Assembly: GCA_024679065.1 (NCBI GenBank)
Contig: JAGIQG010000009.1
Location: 62,248,001-62,312,000 of the forward strand
Length of the DNA: 64,000 nt
Source: Sphyrna mokarran
Lineage: Eukaryota
Direction of reading: 5' to 3'
Part shown: in pieces, positions 26,071 through 39,140 of the stretch
Layout: each line of letters starts with the position of its first letter
How positions within the stretch are numbered: position 1 is the first letter of the stretch
The notes under the pieces: model-generated
Databases searched by the model: none
What the model saw: only the letters and a program-made list of their open reading frames with translations
What the model was told of the DNA's origin: nothing
Program-made: the position numbers and the translations under genes

Positions 26071-27239
26071 AGTTGCCCATCAGTGTTCCATCAGGCCTTT
26101 CAAGCCTGTGTCACATCAGTAGGAATCACATTGGCATCAAATTTGATTGATAAAGATTAGTGGGCACAAGGTGGTCCTATGGTCAGCACAGACTTTGAGG
26201 TCAGTGCAGTAAAACCTTTCTGCCATGGTGCTGCACTGTTCCTGATGCGCTGTTCAGCACTCAGCACTGGGCCAGACCAGTTCCTGCCTCCATCTCCACG
26301 CTGAGCTGGTCTTCGTGGGTAGCACTGTGCTGCTGGACCCATGGTTCTGTGGCATTGTCTCAGATCAATAAGCACCAGGGATCACCATCCCTCTTGGTGC
26401 CACACTGTGTCTATATGAACAGCAGTGTATTGTGGGACTCAGGCAAACTCCATAGCGAAGTCCAAAGTTGGAGTACAAGGACAATAAAGTAGGAGGGCTG
26501 TGCAAAATGAAGGCGGTGTGTGTGGGTGGGGGTAGGGGTGGGGGGTGGGGGGTGGAGGGATGGTTGCGGTGGCTCATGATGGCAGGCAGAGAGCCAAGGT
26601 GCTGAATGCAGATGAAGGCATTGGGGGCAATCAGAGGCAAGCTGGACCTCTGCAAGGCTGTTTGAAAGGCTCACAAGAGGTGAAAGGGTTACCACATCAT
26701 TTATTGGAAGGGGACAGATGAAGATTCCAGATACAGTGGGTAGAAGTCCAAGTAGGGTACGAGCATCTCTCAAGTGATGGTTCTGGAGGAAGTTGGTTGA
26801 ATTGAGGAATAGATTTCTTCTTGCCGACACTCCGCACAGTCTGATGAAGATAGGTGGGTTAGAGAGAGTGATAGGAGTGTGCTAGATTGGTAGTTAAATA
26901 TGGCGTCAGGAACTTCAAACTCATCAGCTGAGGAATCAACTGCCCACCAGTTGATTCAGAGAGAAACTCGCCTGTGCATTATTAATGAGGTTCCAAGTGC
27001 TGAGCTTGATGTGGGATCCCTGCATTGTGGTCGGTTTGACATGCACTGTTGGAGCCACCATCACTGCACATAATATCAAAATAGGAGATTTCTAAACAGT
27101 GTGGCAATTCCCTGATGAACTTTAGGGCCTGTGGAGCTTCAGATTTTAAGGGTGTTAAGCAGAATTGCATGGACTACTGATTTCAGAATTAGCGGCAGTG
27201 ATTAACACTCACTGAGACAATTCCAATTGTTTCCAGTCC

Positions 27240-27875
27240 AGTCTCCCACTGTCCACCCTCCTTACACTTGAACTCATATAAAACTCTGCTACTGGCCTCT
27301 TAACTCATACCAAGGCCTATACACCTGGCATGACTGTAATCACTGGCCAACACTGGCTCCTCAACTGGCAACATCTTGATTTTAAAACTTTCATCCTTCT
27401 GTTCCAATCCTTCCACAACCTCAATCCTGATCCCAATTCTGTAATCTCCTACAACTCAATTACACTATGGAATATCTGCCTTCCCTGGTTTCTGGCCTCC
27501 TGTGTGTCCTGGATTTAAATTATTCCACCAGTAGCGACCATGCCTTCAAGTGCTTGTGTCTTGTGATCTGAAACTCCCTCCTTGCACCTTAGCACCTTGC
27601 AATCTCTCATTCCTCCATTAAGACATTCCACTAAACATCTTAGTTACTATCTTGGCTGGAATTTTACTAGCATGCCCGCCTTGATTCTGGGAGTGGGCAA
27701 GGCTCGGAGAGCGGCTTTCTCTGTTGGCCTTGGGCGGGATTGTACAAACCTTGGGGGAGACATGTTGGTAAAATTCTGCCCCTTTTGTCTCTCACTAACC
27801 AATTTTGTCTGATAATGCTCCTGTGAAGAGCTTTGAGATGCTCATGGTGCTATAATAGTGGATGTTGTTGTTATT
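27240..27875 (+). mobile_element. L2 3' fragment split by a MITE
   Basis: caaaactctgct...acactggctccc...ttttaaaactttcatcct; resumes after 27781 with gataatgctcctgtgaag...tgttgttgtt. Confidence 0.7.
27654..27781. mobile_element. ~130-bp MITE
   Basis: TIRs ggctggaattttac / gtaaaattctgccc; CpG-richer than the host L2 sequence. Confidence 0.7.
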
Positions 27876-28371
27876 ATAATGAAGGCTTAGGTTCGGAAGC
27901 TAATGATGAGAAATAGAGTCTGAGTAGGCAGGTGAAAGAATCCAGCTCTGTGACAAACTGAAAATGGAGCAAAAATAGCTCAGGTTAGAGTTATACGTGA
28001 CATGGTTTCATACCATTGGATATAACCTGAAAGAGCAGCGCTGGAGGTTGATGGGAGTGCAGCTCAAAGCACGTAGGATGTTAGTGAGAGACAAAAAGAA
28101 TTGATCTTTCATTGTGCTTGTGTTGCAGGAAAATATGACTCATCCAGAACTTGCTCTCAGACAGGCGATTGGAAAAGGTAACAAGAACCTTGGAGCTCCA
28201 CTGATAGTGAAGAGCTAACATTGGGCACCATCAATGTATCTGGAGAAATTGGCCTCACACTTACATAGGCTTCCAATAAACCCATCTCTGAATGCTTAAA
28301 GGTGACTCATTACTGGAGGTTCATATGAAGAAATGAAGTAGGAACATTCCTACTTCAGTAGGAATGTTCCT

Positions 28372-28800
28372 CTAGTTCCAAATTCAATCACAAAACGAAA
28401 CATCTTTTCGATGCTCAACTGTCAATACTGTTCAGGATCTTTTATACTTCAATTAAGTCACCTGTCAATCTCCTAAATCTTCAGTGGAAACAAGCCTAGT
28501 CTATCTAATCTTTCCATACAAGACAATCCATTCATTCCAGGTATCAGTCCAGTAAGTATCCTCTAAACTGCCTCTCAACACATTTACAGCTTCCTTAAAA
28601 AATGTGTAGGTTAGGGGGATTAGCTGGGCAGATGTATGAGTTTACATGGAAATGGTAAGGGTGGGCCTAGGTAAGATGCTCTTTCAGAGAGTCAGTGCTG
28701 ACTCGATGGGCCGAACAGCTTCCTTCTGCACTGCAGGGATTCTATGATGATGAAGATGGTGAAATAAGGAGACCAAAACTACACACAGTATTCAAGATTA
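28372..28800 (-). mobile_element. CR1 fragment containing a + strand V-SINE 3' fragment (28603-28750)
   Basis: aattaagtcacct...caagcctagtctatctaatctttcc...gaccaaaactacacacagtattcaag. Confidence 0.7.
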
Positions 28801-29747
28801 GAATTCCCTATAATCAAACACTTTGCCAACATTTGAGTATCCAGGTTCAGACATAGAGTGATGGAACAAGATCTAAAGAAGAGCAAAGAACTATAACACT
28901 GAAAGAAGTCAGCCAGTCTGAGACCGAAGGCTGAGAACTGAGATATAATAAATAGATAAAGAAGGGGAAGGAAAAATTGAGTCATTGAGGAACCCAAATA
29001 ACTCAGAGAGAATATGTGGAGCAACTGTAACATCGAAGTGTTCAGGGAAAAGACAATTAGTGAGTGACAGAACAACTGAAAGAAGGAAGGGAAGGGTAGG
29101 TAAATAGGTGAAAATAAGGTTTTATTCTGTTTCTTGAAGTATTTCTATAATAATAACCACATGTAAGGTCAGAACCCATGTTTTTGCTATCTCAATCTGT
29201 AGGTACAAGTATCAAGTTTCTAACTGCCTGATATTGCCAACCTCAAAAAGAAGAGTTTTGTCAGCCATTTTGTATAGACAAGAGCACAAAGACAAGATAT
29301 TTCATCTTAGGCAGGAAGTCCTGCTTGAACTGGGCGTGTCTTGCTGGCTGCTACCTCTCCTAGCACAAACCTATAGAACAGCAGGTTGTGGAGGAGAAAA
29401 AAGTTTCATTTCAAAAGGCAATCAATAATCAACACTGAAAGATAGGAACAGGCTGAAACTGTTTGGTCTATAAAACCTTAATCATGTCTATACATCAATC
29501 TCATTCACCTGCTTTTTTCTATGCCATTTGATGCCTGTCCCTCCGACTTAAAAATATAATTGAACCCAGCATCTTTGTTTTTTTGTGGAGCATTTTTCAG
29601 AATTCCACTACCTTCTGACTACTGTAACTTCAAATATTATGCCCCTTATTCTTAATTCCTGCAACAAAGGGAGACCCTTCCATTCCAAACCCCTCAACCA
29701 GATCACATCTTAACTATTGAAATGCAAGAAATTGCAAGCCAATTTTA

Positions 29748-29925
29748 AGTTGCCAAAGTCCCAATTGACTGTATATTGATGGTGATTTAGCCTGAGGCAA
29801 GGGGTAAGGTTGAATAGATGGGGTCTTCATGAATACCTTCAGCCGGTACAGGAATTGAACCTGACCTTGTGGTGTTGCTTTGCATCACTAACCAGATGTC
29901 CAACCAACTGAGTTAAACTGACCCC
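29748..29925 (-). mobile_element. Short tRNA-derived SINE
   Basis: Reversed B-box (ggaattgaacc) and A-box (ccaactgagtta). Confidence 0.65.
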
Positions 29926-30083
29926 TCCAAATACATACTGGACAAAGAGTAGCCTATCAGTGGTCCTTAAAGGGACCAGTCCTTAAAACACTCACCAATC
30001 AGCATTGGGTTAATGTATCTGAGTTCCTCTGGGCCTACAGAAATCTTGGTAACTATACTAATGGCTATTCAGTGTTGACTTAC

Positions 30084-30131
30084 CCTCAGGGCTGCCTCCT
30101 CTCTAATTAAATGATTACTTCCAGCTTGGCT
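30084..30131 (-). CDS. Candidate 48-nt exon (SQAGSNHLIREEAALR)
   Basis: gtgcctcctgcag| ... AGG|GTAAGT, open in phase 0 to 0, follows the 26-nt candidate in frame. Confidence 0.35.
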
Positions 30132-30454
30132 CTGCAGGAGGCACACTAAATGGCCTACTCTAAACATCTGCCTCTCTGTTCTTTCAGAACAGCAAGCTTG
30201 CTAACCTCATTCAAATTGGATCCAGTCTGAGAGACGGTTCATGACTCTCGCTAGTGAAACCGGACAGAGAGGACAAATGGTCCCCTGCATCATCAGCCCA
30301 ATGTGTGTGCACTCAAATTGTGATCACGTAAGTTGGAATCAGTGATGTTACATTTGTAGTGAGAGAATGATTGGATCTGAAAACTGCACTCATCCAGCCA
30401 GCCAATCAAATGGTGAGAATTAAAATCAAGCGGCCGTTGAATGGATTCGATGAA

Positions 30455-30582
30455 CGCGATCTTACCAGCCCTTCGCGCCTCACTCCCACTGCCATGAAAC
30501 CGGAGAATCTGGCGGCCAGCCAAATCTCCGTTCAGTGTGGCTAGAAAATCCCACCAGCGTGAATGGTGGTAAGATTCTGGCC
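30455..30582. mobile_element. ~130-bp MITE
   Basis: Inverted ends gatcttacca / tggtaagatt, CpG-rich interior; related pieces at ~58790-58925 and ~62020-62065. Confidence 0.65.
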
Positions 30583-31442
30583 TTTGAGCCTAAAATGGAA
30601 GCCCTATGCCACCAGGTTCAGTTATTGAAGGACCAAGAATGCACCATGAAAGGTCTGTCACAAATCAAGTGCACAAATATACAACAAAAGGAATCCATGT
30701 TAAACCTTGGTCTGAATCAGATTATGAAATTATTTAGCTTTGATTGTCTAAGTATCCCTTCACAGCTCAATATTCTTTTGCACTATTAGAATCTATCATT
30801 AAACTTTTTCCACCTAAGTGAAGCCTGCACATTGCTCCAGTGAGGGTACAAATGATTTATCAGTGCTTAGCTACTGCCGGAAGAATGTTAAAACAAAGTC
30901 ATTGTTTCCATGATGATTAATTATTCACATCGTAACTAAGATCACCGCAGGCACTATGGAAGATTGCAAATGGTGATAAGGAATGTATCGTGTGAAAGAC
31001 TTGTCAACACTTCAGAGTACTGTCAACTTACAATACAAGTCAGGCAAAAATATAATTAAAGTAGGAGGTCCTGCATTTTATCTTTTTACCCTAAATCTCT
31101 ACTACTGCCATGAACCATTGTACTGTCTCCTCAGTTCAGAAAGCACGAGTATCAGAGCCATACCTGACACACAGCCACAATCAAATGTTTTTCTACAATA
31201 AACCAGCAAGAATGGCACTTTCACTGAGTTAAGATTTCCTTCTGACTAATCCTTTTTCAAGCTCCTCTCGGAAAGTTCCACCACTATAAGAATCTGCACC
31301 AAGCCAATCAGCGTGTAAATATTTGATGAAAGTGGGAATTGGCAGAAGTATGTGCATTGAGCCATTTGAAAGAGGTTCTAACTTAGCTTGAACTTGCTGA
31401 TCATATCTGAAGGATAAAGTAGGCATCAGGAATGTGATTTAC

Positions 31443-31468
31443 CTGCCTTTGCTGGCTGATGCCGTAAC
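31443..31468 (-). CDS. Candidate 26-nt microexon (GYGISQQRQ)
   Basis: aattgtag| GTTACGGCATCAGCCAGCAAAGGCAG |GTAAAT; phase 1 to 0, in frame with the signal exon; weak pyrimidine tract. Confidence 0.28.
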
Positions 31469-32569
31469 CTACAATTTATCTGTCACAGAATAAAGATTTG
31501 ATTATGGGAGAATTCAGCTCCTCAGCTTTGCAGTCCCACAGAAAATGAAAAGGATGAACAAGATGCATGACACAAGCAGCAGAGTGCTGGAACATCTGAC
31601 TAAATAAGCAAAATGGCACATGGGCTTGGATTAAGGAAAATGATTTTAAATGAACATCTTGATCTTGTTCCAAACAAGATTAAAACCATCCAAACACCAA
31701 TATTTAAGAACATATGAAGAAATTAAATAATAGTCCATGATAATAAGAAAAGCACACATTGGGCAGAGTTTGTTATGAAATTTAAAACAACTCCTCAGTA
31801 AAATTTGACTTCCACTTTCACAAAATGTTCCGTTTCTTTTCTGTGAACTTCAGCAAAACTTAAATATAATTTAGATAACTTGATTGAAGGGGAAGTCTCG
31901 CTCTATGTTCAAAGGAATTAAATTGAACAGTTTCTACTCATGTGGCTAAAAGTCCCTTATGGAGCAACTTCCAAATTTTGACCAAAGTGTCTTGCTGAGT
32001 AGCTATTCGCATTGTTCAACCATTGCCTGCCTTCATTCAAAAACCAGAACTACCATCTGGTCAGCACCCTGGAAGTGACAAAGGAATCTGCAAATCAGAG
32101 TATGGGCTTGTGTATACCAATCATCAGATTGACATACTAAAATTATGAGCAAGAATGAGGAAGCCAGCATTAGTCTACTCAAATGGTGGAGTAAATCTCT
32201 TAAGGGCACTGGTGACTGCAATGGCAGCCTTAATACTGCGCCTGAGAATACAGAAGATGAGGTTATAATAGATATGATGCCATGTATGGCACATTTGCAC
32301 ATCAAAACGCAATAATTATTTCACACCATACATAAAATTGATAGATAAAGTCTGCCTTTATAGAAAGAAAAGGTCCAATATCACATTAAGTGAATGAAAT
32401 GAAACTCCGCCTCAATTTTGTATCAGCTCAGGCCTTAACTGGATTTCTAACACATGGAGATTTAAGTAAACAGTACACCAATGGATCACCGAGAAAGAGG
32501 AAGCTGCGACCTTTTGGGTTGGACAGTATTTTTATTGGTTGATGGAGGGGATTGCTAGCTGGGCCAGCA

Positions 32570-32845
32570 TTTATTAAAAGTCAACCTCCTTGCTGTGGAT
32601 CTGAAGCCACAGGTAGGAAAACCAGGTAAAGATGATGTATTTCCTTTCCTAAAGGACATTAGGGAACCAGATGGGTTATTGAAGACAGTTGATAATGGTT
32701 TCATCATTCGACTTGACTGCACGTTTTTGCTGAATTCAAATGTCATCATCTGCTGTGGTGGGATTTGAACCTGGATCCCCAGAGCATTACCCTGTTTCTC
32801 TGGATGATTAGCCCAATGAAAATACCATTATGCCATTGCCTCCCC
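32570..32845 (-). mobile_element. tRNA-derived SINE (family of 25712)
   Basis: ccaggtaaagatga...ggacattagggaaccagatggg...gggatttgaacctggatccccagagcattac. Confidence 0.85.
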
Positions 32846-32849
32846 ACTG

Positions 32850-33110
32850 TAAACTGACCTGTCCTCTCAGGCAGGAATAGAAGATTGCAAGGCACCATTC
32901 CAGTTCTCCTGGTATCCTGACCAATATTTATCCCTCAGCCAACATGGTTAAAAGAGATGATACAGTCAATTCATTGCTGCTTCTGAGAGCTTGCTGATCC
33001 ATTTTCTACAACAATGACTACTTTTCAAAAAGTGTTTTCCATGGGCTGCAAAATGTTTGGGGACATTGTAGTGGTGAAAGATGCCATATGCATGAAAATC
33101 TTTCTTTATT
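32850..33110 (+). mobile_element. SacSINE1-like 3' half
   Basis: ggtatcctgaccaatatttatccctcagccaacat...tttggggacatt...gtgaaagatgccatatg. Confidence 0.7.
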
Positions 33111-33305
33111 CTCTAAACAATAAGGTGCAACACAACATACAAAGCCAAATCACCTCCTTCTGCACCATAACAATTCTATCATATTCATCTACTTATTAAT
33201 GGGTCAAGTGCATAACTGGAAAACATAAAACCAAAAACTAATCAGTTGGACAGTTTTAATCAGGAGTTAACAAAATCATACCTTGCACTGATTGGCCTGC
33301 TTTTA

Positions 33306-33485
33306 GAATAGAATCATAGAATCTCTACTGTGAAGAAGGAGACCATTCAGCCTATTAAGCCTGCACTAACAACAATCCCACCCAGACCCTATCCCTGTAA
33401 CCCTACATCTTTACCCTACTAATCACCATGACACTAAGGGGCAATTCAGCATGGCCAATCCACCTAACACACACATCATTGGCCT
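33306..33485 (-). mobile_element. V-SINE 3' fragment
   Basis: gaatcatagaatctctactg...cactaaggggcaattcagcatggccaatccacctaac. Confidence 0.88.
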
Positions 33486-35482
33486 TTCAAGTAATAATTA
33501 ATTAAAATATCCAAATTCACTTCACAACCCACTTCTGACTCAGCTTAAAGGGATTATTTTGCAATTAAATTTTGTTATTAATCTGTACTGCTAATAACTA
33601 GAACTACTTTTCACTGATCTACCTGGTTTGAGACTCTGATTCATTCTTAAGTCAGGTAGTATTTATTCTTGTTGAACCAATACTTTCCCCATCACATTTA
33701 AGCTCATTGCAATGGGAACTTGGTAGAAATCTTAACAGAGAGCTACTGCACCTAAAGTGGTTCCAACTGTGACTTCCAGTCACAATTCACACTGGAAACT
33801 TCTCTTAAAGCTGGCTGCAGTATAGAAATCTGGGCCTTGATCTGACAGCCGTTGCCACACTTACAAGTTACAGTAATCGTTTTCGCTTTCTCTGAAACTC
33901 AGTAAAGTGCAGTGGTGCTGAATTGTGGTAAATGTAAGAATAGCAAACAGTAGGGGGCCAGTAAAGCCTGGCTAGTGAATGATAGTGTCCTTCTTTAGCC
34001 TTATGACTCTATTGCTTCCTGTGAAATCAGGAACTGCTTTGGAGTTAGTGGAATTGGTAGTAATACTGATCCCACTGAAGCTCAACACCTGTCTATAGCT
34101 GACCACCATTTGTAGTGAACGCAAAAATATAACTTGGACAATAAGAACGGATCATTTCAGTTCTTCTTATGATCCAAGGTCATGTTCAGTCACAGTGATA
34201 GATCAGCATGGCATCAGTAAGAGCATCAGAATACTGCCAATCATCATAGAATCAAGGATAGAGAGCAGTGTGGCCTGTTATACTGTCAATTACAGGCTTC
34301 TCCACAAGGCAATCTTTCTAATCCTCACATTTTTCTCATATCTTTTTGAATTTCCTTCTTCAAGTATTATCTAATTTCCTTGTCAATGTGGTGATTCACT
34401 CTGTGTTAATAGATCACTGATGGTTAAAGCTTCCCTTATCATCCAGCAAGTGAAATAAATGCTTTTACTCTTTCCCTTTTATTTTCTAGTGTTAAAACTA
34501 ACCTCCCCTTATTACCGATTTATGACCAATGGAAAAAATCTTTATTATTTAACATCTCAAATCCTTTCATTGTTTGAAACCTTTCCTTTCCATCCACTTC
34601 TTCACCTTCACTGTTGCACAGAATGCAGCCCAAGTTTTTACAGCCTCTCATATCCATGTTATCATTCTCAGAATAGTTACCTAAGTAACATCAGTCACTG
34701 AACTAATTTGTGAAGTACCCTGAAGATATTCCTAGGAGATACGATGAAGCTCAACAGAAGCAGAAATTTATCTTCTATTCATATGTCCAATATCTTTTCT
34801 CGAAAGGCGAATCTAAAACTCATACATAATCACAAATGGCCCATAGAAATTCATCACCACCTTCTTCCTTTGCGCTAAACGACTTGAACAAAAACCTCGA
34901 ATCCCACTTGCTCTTTTATCCTTACTCCTGTGTTTTTAAAAATCGTTGACAATAATTTTTGCCTTCACAGCTTGGTCGATTAACAGGCAGAATGAGTCAT
35001 CTGGCTGACTTTCATTTCTGTTAAAATCCTTTAAGAGTTTAAATGAAGTACAACCTGACCTTTAGCAATCTATGTTGTATGTCCCTCATTTCTAAGTGTT
35101 CACCAATGTTATCCCTAATTGTGCTCTCTGGTAGGGTTCATATTATCACTGGAATTCTGCCTGGTCTGTAATGCCCTCACATTTTCCTTTCCTTGCCAAA
35201 ATCGTGTCAATTTCTGAATTCAAAGAATTTTGAAAAATGATGGTTAGTCCCTCTACACTACAAAGAATGAAGCTTCAGATACATTAACAAAATAAAACAG
35301 TTGCTCTTTTAAAACCTGTGCTGCTACTTCTATAAGATTATGAATGGAATTTATATAGCGAGAGGACTCTTTGTAATGTTACGAATCAGAAACAATGGCA
35401 ATCAAGATATTTGTGATGGATCAGTTATAACACAGTATTAAATGTTGCTGTGACATCCTTTAGTAATATATGAAGGAATTTT

Positions 35483-37390
35483 CAACAACAACTTGTATTT
35501 ATATTGACTTTCATTTCACTAGAAAAACATCCAGGAACATCAAACGAAATGTGACACGAAGCCACAAAAGGCATTATTAGGACAAGTAAACAAACACTTG
35601 CTCAAACAGGTATATTTCAAAAAGCATCTTTAACTCGCTCTCTTCCTTCATTTTATTCTTTAGACATGGGTATTACTGGCTGGCCAATTACCCACCCCTT
35701 GAACGGAATGGCTTGCTAGGCCATTTCAGAGGGCATTTGAGAGTCAACACATTGCTGTGGCTCTGGAGTCACGTGGGTCAGACCAGGTAAAGATGGCAGA
35801 TTTCCTTCTCTGAAGCACATTGATGAACCAGACAGGTTTTCCTTACAATCGACAATGGTTTCATGGTTATCAGTACATTCTTAATTCCAGACTTTTTTTT
35901 ACTGAATTCAAATTTCACCATCCGCCATGATAGAATTCAAACATTAGCTGAGTTTCTGGATTAAAAGCTGGTGATAATATCACTTGGTCATCACCTCCCT
36001 CCTTTAAGAGGCCCTAAGCTCTGGAGTTTATGGAAAAAAAATTCCTAGGCAATTGAATTCAGTGCTGTCTGTCCTGGGTGATTAAAACAAGGGAAATTCA
36101 CAAGGCCAGGCTTGGAAGAATGCAGAGATATTGGAGGGTTGTGGACCTGAAGGAGATTACAGAGATAGGGACAGGTGGTGACATGGAAACATTTGAAATC
36201 AAGGATAAGGACTATTAAAGTGAACTGGGAACTCATGAAGAACAGCAAGTATAGAATAAATGAATGATACAAGGTAGGGTAAAGGTAACAAAGTTCCGAT
36301 TGATGGAGGAAGGAGAGGGATTGGCCAAGAGTGCAATGGAATAGTTAAATCTCAATATGGTAAAGTCATGGATGAAAGTTTCAGCAATTGAGAAGGTGAT
36401 GCAGGGGTAGAAAGAGACAATTTTAAAGAGATGCAAGCAGCATGTTTTTGTGATGGAACAGATAAGGAGTCAGAACCTCATTGCAGGGTCAAAAATGATT
36501 CCCAGTGTCATGTTAGGTCTGCATAGTACGGGACAGTTTCTGAGCAGGCAACAGAGTTTGTGGTGGGAATCAAAGGCTGGGGTTTTCCCACCATAAATCA
36601 ATGGATATTTTGCTGGGGTCATCAAAGTTTCTGTCCTGCCTGTGACAGGTCCCACCTGGTATTCCCAATAATTTTGGTCAAAAATGTTGGTCTTCCCAAT
36701 ATTTCATTGGAAGAAGGTTCTTCTCGTCCAATACTGGATGATAGGCAGATCAGAATATGACAAATCAGAGATAATAGTGGTTAGATAAAGCTGAGTCTCA
36801 TCAATATACATATGAAACACTTTGGGAGAGGTGGGGATTGTAGTGGGCAGGGGGCAGGCTATGCAAAGGTCTGTTGATCTCTGGTGGGAATGATGTTGTG
36901 ATTGGGCCAGCATGTCAATGGGAAATAGAAGGGTGCCAAGGATGAATCCAGATATAAAAATGCAGGAAGAGAGGAGGAAACATTGCAGGCAATTCTCTGG
37001 CTGTGATTGGCTAGGTAGGAATGAAACCACACAAGTATAGTCCATGAATGAGAGGCATTGGAGGAGGATGGGATGCAGTCAACCATCTTAAGCATTGCAG
37101 ACAGTCAAAAAGCATGAAAAGGGATAGCTTACCTTTGTAACAGTCACATAGGATATCATCTGTGACTTTGAAATGAGTTGGTTCAGGGCAATAAGCTAAT
37201 TAGAGGAAGTCTCAGAAAAGATGGGCATAAATTTGGAAGCCATTTCCCAGGATGGCAACACATTCAAAGACTGGGGAGGAGGTTGGAAATGATTCAGTAG
37301 CAAACAAGTATCAGAGTAGCCAAGAGTGTTCCTTTTAGAGAAAGGTGTGATGACTACAAATTAAGAGAGGGGAACAGCACCCAAGGACTA
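35483..37390 (-). mobile_element. L2-clade LINE relic with nested tRNA-SINE (~35645-36000)
   Basis: caacaacttgtatttatat terminus; RT remnants SGFILGTLLFPIDML, FHMYIDETQLYLT, WFHSYLANHSQ, LGIIFDPAMRF. Confidence 0.85.
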
Positions 37391-37977
37391 GATCAAGACC
37401 AAGGAGGCCAATTACAAACTTTCCTTCATCAATAAATATATGTGTTGTTGCGTTTCTAAGAGTGGTGACTATAATCATCTCAAAATAAAACCTATTGGTA
37501 TCCAGGCAGTGGGCTTATTTTTTCAATACAACTTTCAATCATTTTTCACAGATTTTGGGTCACACATTTGAGTCCTTTGGATATCATTACAGCATCAGAT
37601 TGAGTGTGCTACTTGGCATTAGGCAGTTCAAAGATCAAAGATTGGGTAAAGTACCTGGCTATCTATCATGCAGCGATGTAACTTGCAATTAAACCAAAGA
37701 ATAAATCAAACAAATGTCCTCAGAATCACAGAAGGATGTATAATTGTCATTCATGGTTTTATTTTCGCCAGTTTGTTTTAGGTAAAGTATCAATAAATCA
37801 GTAGCAATTATGTTTCAAAGAAAACCCATTTTATTCCACTGCTGGTTTCAATGGTGCTTGCATCCATCCTGTACAGAAATAAAATGGCTGCCATAAATGG
37901 ATGGGTGCTTTCCTCAAGTACCGTACAGGTCACAATGTTACAACAATTACAGATAATAGCACAGTCCCAGCATGTAG

Positions 37978-38545
37978 TCATCCTGAATTCCTGGGAGGGA
38001 GTTTATCCTGAATTTCCCAGGATTGGAGTTTATCCTGAATTCCCTGGGAGGGAATTTATCCTGAATTTCCCAAGGAGTAAATTATTCCTGAATTCCCAGG
38101 AGATGGCGTTTATCCTAAATTCCCCAGGGATGAAGTTTATCCTTAATTTCGTAGGGATGAAGTTTATCCTTAATTTCCTGGGGGTGGAGTTTATCCTGAA
38201 TTTCCCAGGATTGGAGTTTATCCTGAATTTTCCAGGTGTGGGTTTATCCTGAATTTCTCAGTATGGAATTTATCCTGAATTTCCCAGGGATGGTTTCCAT
38301 CCTGAATTTCTTGGGCTGGAGTTTATCCTGAAATTTTTCAGGGGTAAAGTTTATCCTAAATTTTTGAGGGCTGGAGTTTATCCTGAATTTTCCAGGGTGG
38401 AGTTTATCTTGAATTTCCCAGGGATGGAGCTTACCCTGAGTTTCCCAGGGATGGACTTTATCCTGAGTTTCCCAGAGATGGAGTTTATCCTGAATTCCTC
38501 ATGGAATTTATCTTGAATTTCCCAGAGGTGGAGTTAATATTGTAT
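37978..38545. repeat. Minisatellite, ~27-bp unit
   Basis: About 20 copies of ggagtttatcctgaatttcccaggg(a/g)t. Confidence 0.95.
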
Positions 38546-38861
38546 TTCTGCATCTGCTCAGAGGTAGGATTCTGACTTCTGAGTTAGAAGATGATAGGTT
38601 TGCACTCACAGCCCTGGTGAATGGAGTAGTGACATCCTATCAAGGAATCCCGGGTTGATATTCAACAATGTTCTTGTGTCCTGTGACAATGGAAGGGCTC
38701 TCCTCATTGTAAGACTTGGAAGCCAAACTGGCCTTCACATACTTGAATGAAATCCAGCAGTCAATGGAAGTGGGGTGGCAAACACTAATCACAAATGGCT
38801 GGTTCTGTTTGGTCAGGCTAACACTGAACACTCTCAGCATGATCTGCTGGATGTAATGATA

Positions 38862-39140
38862 ATGGCAAATGGTAAGCACTACTGCCTCACAGTGCCATGA
38901 ACCTGGATTCAATTCTGGCCTCAGATCACTATCTGTGTGGAGTTTGCACATTCTTCCCGTGTCTGCGTGGGTTTCCTCCCACAGTCCAAAGACATGCATG
39001 TTAGGTTGATTGGCCATGCTAAATTGCCCCTTTGTTTCAGGGGGATTAGGAGGGTGAATGTGTGGGTGGGGCCTGGGTTATTGTCAGTGTGGGCTCGATG
39101 GGCCAGGTGGTGTCCTACTGCACTGTAGACTGTATGAAGT
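38862..39140 (+). mobile_element. V-SINE
   Basis: gcactactgcctcacagtgcc...gtgtggagtttgcacattct...ggccatgctaaattgcccc. Confidence 0.9.

Noticed and set aside
26157-26830. Overlapping minus-strand ORFs in a GC-richer block
   Set aside because: Looks like a decayed DNA-transposon interior; no intact transposase motif identifiable
28334-28375. Resemblance to an FRT recombinase site
   Set aside because: Only partial word similarity; arms and 8-bp spacer do not match FRT
37851-38252. 133-aa ORF with EFILNFPG repeats, and a possible CRISPR-like array
   Set aside because: Contiguous 27-bp tandem units with no unique spacers and no cas genes; the ORF follows from the period being a multiple of 3
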